Assembly: GCA_001599295.1 (NCBI GenBank)
Contig: BCGN01000003.1
Coordinates: forward strand, 682,001 to 746,000
Reading direction: 5' to 3'
Source of the DNA: Sporopachydermia quercuum
Taxonomy: Eukaryota
DNA length: 64,000 nucleotides
The position numbers and the translations under genes were made by a program. Numbering within the stretch: position 1 is the stretch's first letter; each line of letters starts with the position of its first letter. The notes under the pieces are model-generated. The model saw only the letters and a program-made list of their open reading frames with translations, was not told the origin of the DNA and did no database searches. Positions 57,578-64,000 of this stretch are shown here, in pieces.

Positions 57578-60500
57578 CTATTTCTGACCTTCAACAAATC
57601 CTAAAGCATCATTTCTCTCGATTTCCTGTACTTTTGATATCTTATTATTGAATAAAACCCCATAGAACTTATCGGCAAGATTCAACATCTCAGGTCTGAA
57701 AGTTGTACATATAAATTGGCCATCATTTGATAATGAATGGATCAAATTAGCAACTGACGTACGATATTGAGTATCAAGATTAGCATCAATCTCATCAAAT
57801 AAATAAAAAGGAGCAGGATCACAAAGTTGAATGGATAGAATTAAAGCAATAGCACATAACGATTTCTGACCTCCTGACAGTTGCTCAATTCTTTGCTGTT
57901 CATCTGTTTTCGAATTGAATGAAACTGATATTGAAACTCCAATATAATTATCCACATTAGAAGTCCTATTATTATTGCCATTATCATCATCAGAGTCCTC
58001 AGCATCACCATCATCATCGTCACCGTCATCATTTCGATTATTGTCAAATCTCCTTTGCATAATCAGTCGTCCTTTACCAGCAGGAACCAATTTCTCAAAG
58101 ATATCAGAAAACCCTTTAGAGACTTGCTTGAACGTCCTTTCAATTGCTTCATCTTTTCTCTGTTGTAATAAAACAATCAATTCTTCGATTGATTCTTTTC
58201 CTTTAATCAACTCTTCTTTCCTTTCTAATAACTTCTCTTTTTGTTTAGTAAAACTATTATATTGATCAATTGCTTTCTTATTAATATGGCCAAATTTCCT
58301 CAGCTCTTCGTTCAATTTATTCAGTCGTTTACTCAATTTTTCAATTGGAATTTTCTTATATTTATCACTGAAGGCCTCTTCAGGTAAGACACCTAATTCC
58401 CGTATTTTCTTCTGTAGTTCATCCCTTCGTTGAATTAGTAAAGATTTCCTTGATAGATTTTTCTCTAAAGATTTTTGATGGTTTTCGAGTTTCCTCAAAT
58501 TTGTTAATTGTTGTTGATTTAAATTCTGTAAGTTCGATTGCTTCTCTGTCAATTCTATTCTTAGTTTATCGCTTTCTTCTTCAATCTGTTTGATTTTAGT
58601 TTGCAATGATGAGATGTTGCTTGTAGTTGATTGTATTTGTTTATGAAGAGAAGAAGTCGTGATGTTGGTGTTGCTGCTGCTGTTGTTGCTATTTGAACTG
58701 CTATGATTCTCGTTTATTACATCATCCCTTTGTTTAACTAACACATTTAATGACAGTTTCAAATTTTCATTTATCTCACTCTCCAAAATACTAATTTTCT
58801 CTTCTAATTCACTCTTGTTCATACATCTCAAATTATACTCCTTCTCAAGAGTAGGTAGTTGATTATTTATATCAGATAAGATAATCGTCTCTTCATCATT
58901 CAACCCATTAGAAAAATCAGACTTCAATTCCTCCTCTAACTGATTTTTCTCTTTATTCAGAGAATTGATTATTATATTAGTATTCTCAACAGATTCTTGC
59001 TTCATATGAGCATTCTCATTTATAGACTTCAATTTGAACTTTTCACTATTCAAATCATTATTTAGTTCATTGATTGCGGTCTGATTCTTATTAATTTCAG
59101 TTTTGATAATATTCAGTTGTGAGTAGACGTTAGTTATNTCGTTATCAATAGAATCAATCTGCCTTCTTATTTCATTCAGTTGATTCTTATCATTTTCAAC
59201 TTGCTCTTTCCAATATCTCAACTCTCTAAGGGCATCAATTCTGGATTTCTTTTTATCTTGATAACCACCGGTTAAAATACCTTTGTTATCAATTCTGTCC
59301 CCATCAAGTGTAATAGCATTTAAATTATGAGTAGCTGAAANTTCTGCTCCNTTCTCTAAATTAATCACAACAATGCTTTTACCGAAAACCTGTTTTATAG
59401 CCGGTGTGAAGATTTCATCATAGTGTAGTTTTTCGATTAAAGGAATACAAGTGTTTCTATCCAATGAGTTATTGGTATAATTATTGGTATTCTCATTCAA
59501 GCGATTTAAAGGCATAAAAGTAACTCTACCCGATTTTTCTCTTGATAATTCTTCAATTATCCTCGTTGCAGTTTCATCGTTATCAACAAGAACATGAAAT
59601 AGTGAATTTCCTGCAGTTATTTCAACTGCTTTTTTATATTTATCATTAATATCAATCAATTCTCCTAATGGACCATAAACACCATTTAATTTCAGTCTTT
59701 TGGTTATTCTTTTGACAGATTCTAATCCTAGAGATTGATTTCTATCCATTGTTTCCGATAAGAATCTTTCCGCTTTTGATAAATTTTGTTTACTTGTTGA
59801 TGAAAGCTTTGATTCAAGTTTGGCTTCTTCTCTCCACAGCTTTTTCCTTTCATCGATTAAATCTGAGTATTTTGATTGCAGATTTGACTTCTTAGGCAAT
59901 AAAACTGTTGATAGTTTTTCATTGATTGAACGTGAGTTCTCTTCTAATGAATCAATTGTTGTTTGAATTGCAACCTTCTCGTTGTTCAGATCAGTTAACT
60001 CATTATTCAATTCATCAACGCTTTTCAATTGGCTACTAATTTGACCATCAATCTTGTTTATTTCGTTCAATAGAAATTCATCCCTTTTCTTTTTCGATGA
60101 AAATTTAGCTGATCTTGATCTTCCTTGCTTATTGTATAGTAGATGTTGTTTCAATTCGAGAGAATCAATTTGATTCTTTAACTCTTTTTCATTATTACTA
60201 ACAATACTGAATTGATTATTCAAGTTATCCAGCTCCTTTTGCTTTGAGTCAATTTGTTTGTTTAATGAAAGAATATTCAAGTCAATTTCTTCTAATTGTT
60301 TCTTATCCATTTCTTGTTTATAAACTAATTCATCTAACTGAATTTCCAACTCGGCTTTAGTTTTGATCAAATCAGTTAAATCTTCTTCAAATGATTTTTT
60401 ATCAAACTTGTCCAAAATTGTTAATTTATCATTCAAGTTTGATATTTCGTTCTCCAACTCAACAATTCGTTCGTCAGTTTTATTCAGTTCATTGATAAAC

Positions 60501-61264
60501 CTTTCACTATCTGTTGATTGATTTGACCTTTGATCTTCTAATACCTCGAGGGCATCAATGATTGACGAGATTTCCTTATCTTGTAAAGTATAATCGATAC
60601 ATTTTCTTTCTCTGTCGAAAGACTGAAATTCTTTTAGTTGTTGTTTTTCATCTTCTAAATCATCTAAACGGATTTGAAATAGATTTAGCATTTCGTTGAT
60701 TTCTTCTTCTTTCTTCTCGGTCGATTGCATTTCTTTAATTGAATCTTTCAGTTTTGATTCAAACACTTGAGCACCCGCAACTTCTTTCAATAATAACAAC
60801 CGTTCAGAATCTTTTGCATTTGTCAAGGCTGTGATTCTGCCCTGGGGAACAATATAATAAGGATTCGATTTGGAGAATCCTGCCGATTCTAATAGATTCA
60901 TTATATCAGACTTTGAAACTGATTTACGGTCAAGCGAATATTCATCTTTTTTCAAACCAATTGTTCTTCTGATTGATACCTCATTATTGTTGATAGGAAA
61001 TCTTCTATCGGTGTTGTCAAATACAACTTCAACATAAGCTGACATAACAGTTGCTCCACTTCCTTCATGGATTAAGGATTGCCTTTCTTCACGAGACATG
61101 TGAGTGTAAGCATCGGAAAGAACAAACCGAATAGCAGCAAAAAAGTTTGATTTCCCTGATCCATTTCTACCAACTACNACATTATGTTTTGGTGATAAGG
61201 AATCAATGACTGTCTGCTCTTTATATGTTTTGAATCCTTGGATTACTATTCGTTTGATATGCAT
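57578..61264 (-). CDS. SMC3: Cohesin SMC ATPase subunit Smc3
   Basis: [14 protein letters not shown], Walker [20 protein letters not shown] (Eco1 acetylation site), hinge domain, LSGGQ and Walker [12 protein letters not shown]. Confidence 0.98.
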   Translation of the reverse strand: MHIKRIVIQGFKTYKEQTVIDSLSPKHNXVVGRNGSGKSNFFAAIRFVLSDAYTHMSREERQSLIHEGSGATVMSAYVEVVFDNTDRRFPINNNEVSIRRTIGLKKDEYSLDRKSVSKSDIMNLLESAGFSKSNPYYIVPQGRITALTNAKDSERLLLLKEVAGAQVFESKLKDSIKEMQSTEKKEEEINEMLNLFQIRLDDLEDEKQQLKEFQSFDRERKCIDYTLQDKEISSIIDALEVLEDQRSNQSTDSERFINELNKTDERIVELENEISNLNDKLTILDKFDKKSFEEDLTDLIKTKAELEIQLDELVYKQEMDKKQLEEIDLNILSLNKQIDSKQKELDNLNNQFSIVSNNEKELKNQIDSLELKQHLLYNKQGRSRSAKFSSKKKRDEFLLNEINKIDGQISSQLKSVDELNNELTDLNNEKVAIQTTIDSLEENSRSINEKLSTVLLPKKSNLQSKYSDLIDERKKLWREEAKLESKLSSTSKQNLSKAERFLSETMDRNQSLGLESVKRITKRLKLNGVYGPLGELIDINDKYKKAVEITAGNSLFHVLVDNDETATRIIEELSREKSGRVTFMPLNRLNENTNNYTNNSLDRNTCIPLIEKLHYDEIFTPAIKQVFGKSIVVINLEXGAEXSATHNLNAITLDGDRIDNKGILTGGYQDKKKSRIDALRELRYWKEQVENDKNQLNEIRRQIDSIDNXITNVYSQLNIIKTEINKNQTAINELNNDLNSEKFKLKSINENAHMKQESVENTNIIINSLNKEKNQLEEELKSDFSNGLNDEETIILSDINNQLPTLEKEYNLRCMNKSELEEKISILESEINENLKLSLNVLVKQRDDVINENHSSSNSNNSSSNTNITTSSLHKQIQSTTSNISSLQTKIKQIEEESDKLRIELTEKQSNLQNLNQQQLTNLRKLENHQKSLEKNLSRKSLLIQRRDELQKKIRELGVLPEEAFSDKYKKIPIEKLSKRLNKLNEELRKFGHINKKAIDQYNSFTKQKEKLLERKEELIKGKESIEELIVLLQQRKDEAIERTFKQVSKGFSDIFEKLVPAGKGRLIMQRRFDNNRNDDGDDDDGDAEDSDDDNGNNNRTSNVDNYIGVSISVSFNSKTDEQQRIEQLSGGQKSLCAIALILSIQLCDPAPFYLFDEIDANLDTQYRTSVANLIHSLSNDGQFICTTFRPEMLNLADKFYGVLFNNKISKVQEIERNDALGFVEGQK

Positions 61265-61648
61265 TGTAGAAAGTGGTTAGGTACGAATATGACCAGTTGA
61301 TGACAGGGAAATAAAGAATAGTGGAAATAAGTTCTTTGACGTAGGACACTTGATGTCTAGCAGTTCTAAGGATTTGAAGCTATTGGATGTAGTGAAATGT
61401 TGATAGTTACTAGTTAGAGCTGTAAAGAAAAGTAGAAATGCCTATTGAGCGTACTTTTCAATTGACGATAGAATACTTGTTTTTCTTCCCAGCTCAATTA
61501 TTCTACTATTAGAATGACTAAAACAAAACATGCTTCGAAGGAATGNTTTTTCTGACTATCAATGATGAAATCAAGAATTCTTACTATTCAGTAACTTATT
61601 GGTCTATTTACGTATTCTTGATAAAATGAGATAAAACGACATTAAAAN

Positions 61649-61663
61649 CGCGAAAAGACGCGT
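61649..61663. promoter_or_regulatory. G1/S cell-cycle elements: CGCGAAA (SCB-like) and ACGCGT (MCB) in the SMC3 promoter
   Basis: CGCGAAA at 61649-61655 and ACGCGT at 61658-61663, about 390 bp upstream of SMC3. Cohesin genes are known MBF targets in yeasts. Confidence 0.7.
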
Positions 61664-62056
61664 TATAAGTGTAAAGGGTCGAGATAGGGTCTGTTAAGTA
61701 TCAACTACGACAACCTAGGGCCCAATAGCCAGGGACTAGAAGCAGACTCTGATATCGAAAGTCCCTAGCTATAGAGTCTAGGCTCATAACGTAATCTTTT
61801 ATTCTGGAACCGGTTCAATTTCAACCATCAACCGGATAAACCGTTATTTTCATTATTCGAAATTGTGTAACATTTGATTGATCTGCCATTCAATGTATTG
61901 GAATCATGTCGGATTGCTCTTACTGTTATTACTGCTTTGGAGCAACCAGTGAATGAACTGTCTTTCAAAGTTTTCTATATGTTAACTCAAGATTTAGTAG
62001 CAAATAGCCAACCTTTCTTTTTCTCTATCAACGGGCATTCACCAAACAGTATCAGA

Positions 62057-62791
62057 ATGACAGAAGAAACCAATGCTTCCAGCAATCCACCAAACAGCTC
62101 GACGTCACCGTCAGACAAGATAGCCACAACTGCGGATGTTCCAAAAGGATTNAATTATTGGAGGAGAGCCGTCTGCTATCTTACTGGTGTGGGAATGAAT
62201 GAGAAGGAGACTGAGGCATTTGTTGCTGAAGCGAAGAGAAGACAAGCTAAGAAAAACTGTGAGAAATGTAAGGAGTATAAAGACTGGATGGTTGCTTATT
62301 CACCAACAGTTAGGTTTATGTTAGAACAAGTTCAAAAAGTAGGAGGAAATATAAATGAAAGAAACGTTGTGTGTGGGAAATGTGATGAGCTGAGAGGTGG
62401 AGGATTCAATCCTGATTATGGTATTTTACTATGTGAGAACAGGATCATCGATAAATGGCACTTAGAAGACACTTTATCACATGAATTAATTCATGCATAT
62501 GATCATTGCAAGTTTAAAGTTGATTGGACAAATTTAAAACATCATGCTTGCTCTGAAATTAGAGCTAGTAACTTATCAGGCGAATGTCGTTTTACTAATG
62601 AGTTTACTAAGGGAAGTCTTTCGTTTACCAANCTTGCAAGAGCTCATCAAGAATGTGTCAAAAGAAGGGCGATTTTATCAGTAGCGGCGAATCCTTCTTG
62701 TAAAGATAAAGAGCATGCTGAAAAGATAGTTAATGAAGTTTGGGAGTCTTGCTTTAATGACACAAGGCCTTTTGAAGCTATCTACCGTTAG
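62057..62791 (+). CDS. ATP23: Mitochondrial inner membrane metalloprotease Atp23 (M76)
   Basis: [41 protein letters not shown] and [15 protein letters not shown]. Start ATG 62057 chosen by length; an in-frame ATG near 61979 is possible. Confidence 0.95.
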   Translation: MTEETNASSNPPNSSTSPSDKIATTADVPKGXNYWRRAVCYLTGVGMNEKETEAFVAEAKRRQAKKNCEKCKEYKDWMVAYSPTVRFMLEQVQKVGGNINERNVVCGKCDELRGGGFNPDYGILLCENRIIDKWHLEDTLSHELIHAYDHCKFKVDWTNLKHHACSEIRASNLSGECRFTNEFTKGSLSFTXLARAHQECVKRRAILSVAANPSCKDKEHAEKIVNEVWESCFNDTRPFEAIYR

Positions 62792-63143
62792 GTGATGGAT
62801 GATGTTCGTAGGATTATAAGACTTGTTGATAAGCGAATAGGTTATTGAAGGTTGCGATTCATAGATTTTAATTGTTCACCAAATAGATTGCGAAATTAAA
62901 GGAAACAGAAGATGAATTATAACTACAAGTATCGCTACAACATAATAGACTATAACTAAGGTCTCAGGGTCGATTAATTCTATTGCTAAAAACATAGGAT
63001 ATAATAAATTCGTGTATATATTTAATTTTCATGGAAGGTTTGGTTTATTAATGAAAATGATATTGTAGAAGTACACTGTACTTTTTATATTTAAAAGTTG
63101 CAAAGATCTTCTCTTCTCTTCTATGCTCATTGTATAATTCATT

Positions 63144-63144
<1 letters not shown>

Positions 63145-63180
<36 letters not shown>
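63145..63180. repeat. (CAA)12 microsatellite
   Basis: Read directly. Confidence 0.95.
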
Positions 63181-64000
63181 GTTAGCTCAACATGAGAGTC
63201 TGAAAGGCTTATTGATCTTAAGTTTATGTGTGTAGTTTTCATTGAGAATGTAATACAGTAGCGCTGGTGGTAATAAGAGTAGCATAAAGAAGATTCAGTG
63301 TATCAAAGTTAATTCAAATATAGAGTCAATTATCCATATTCTCAGTAGTTATTCATACATGCATTGACTGAACACTGGTTGTAAAACCTACAAATTTCAT
63401 TATTTCCTACTGTCATTTCAAATATTCCACAATTCGGATTGCAATCTGTTGAATGCAGTTCAATTACTAGAAAACAGCTTTTGATCAAATTTACAGATCT
63501 CGTCACNTTCACATTATCTTTCGCTTTGCTTTTTATCTTTGTTGTAATACCACCAATAAGACATTTGGTTTAGTTTTGCTTCAANAATTTATCAATATAA
63601 TATNATTTCCTTCTTAAAGATAATAATTGATATGTTTATAGAAAGATATCAACCTGTTTCCTTACACGTCAACCAATAAAATAGATTCAGTTCAATAGAT
63701 AATGAATAGCAATATCTTTGGAAGTATACGTAAGCTATTTGGTATTCATCTTTCTTCTTTCAACAGTAAAGCAATTTAGGGCCCAAAAGTGGACATCTTC
63801 GGTCAGATGACTAGATACAGAGAACCTAAAAAGGAATAGTTGTTCCATTAATTGTTCCGTCGTCTTTCTTCCGTTCCGAGGTTGCAGCTTGCTTTCAACA
63901 TAATCAACATAGTTCAGTTCTTCCATTAGCAAACTTAGGATTAGAGANCAACTCAAAAAAGCTATGTGCGTGCTTTCTGCGCCTTTTATCCTCTCTGTTA

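Noticed and set aside
61731..61766. Hammerhead-ribozyme-like string (AGGGAC-TA...CTGA...GAAA-GTCCCT)
   Set aside because: The core reads CTGATAT rather than CTGANGA, there is no stem II, and stem I cannot form.
63048..63242. ORF with a poly-Cys run
   Set aside because: Artefact of reading the (CAA)12 microsatellite on the minus strand.
1..64000. Scattered single N bases, including inside ORFs
   Set aside because: They do not break frames and probably reflect ambiguous or heterozygous consensus calls, not pseudogenisation.

Overview
AT-rich eukaryotic DNA from an ascomycete yeast, probably an early-branching Saccharomycotina lineage (inference). CTG encodes conserved Leu in GLC7, so the code is standard. 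Introns are short, with GTATGT/GTAAGT/GTACGT donors and CTAAY branch points. Genes that S. cerevisiae lacks are present. About 22 protein-coding genes can be supported: CYC8/SSN6, BMH (14-3-3), a 5-exon TVP15 with a 7-nt micro-exon, a Pex11-family protein, a DUF2456-like membrane protein, a 65-aa single-TM ORF, dipeptidyl peptidase III, a probable TEN1, STE14, YUH1, a 4-exon THP3, an Ebp1/AF4-like protein, HMX1, FMP40/SelO, a clade-D beta-carbonic anhydrase, gephyrin (MogA-MoeA fusion), a GPI-type SUN protein, an IOC3-like protein, GLC7, VTS1, SMC3 and ATP23. No tRNA, rRNA, CRISPR array or intact transposon could be supported. The best leads are the Ebp1/AF4-like gene, the divergent beta-CA/gephyrin pair, the splicing oddities, candidate 5'UTR introns, a probable mitochondrial DPP3 isoform, a disrupted coding-like segment at 10.5-10.9 kb and several perfect intergenic palindromes. 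All family calls come from motif recognition by eye, with no database search. I found no convincing wholly new multi-gene system.
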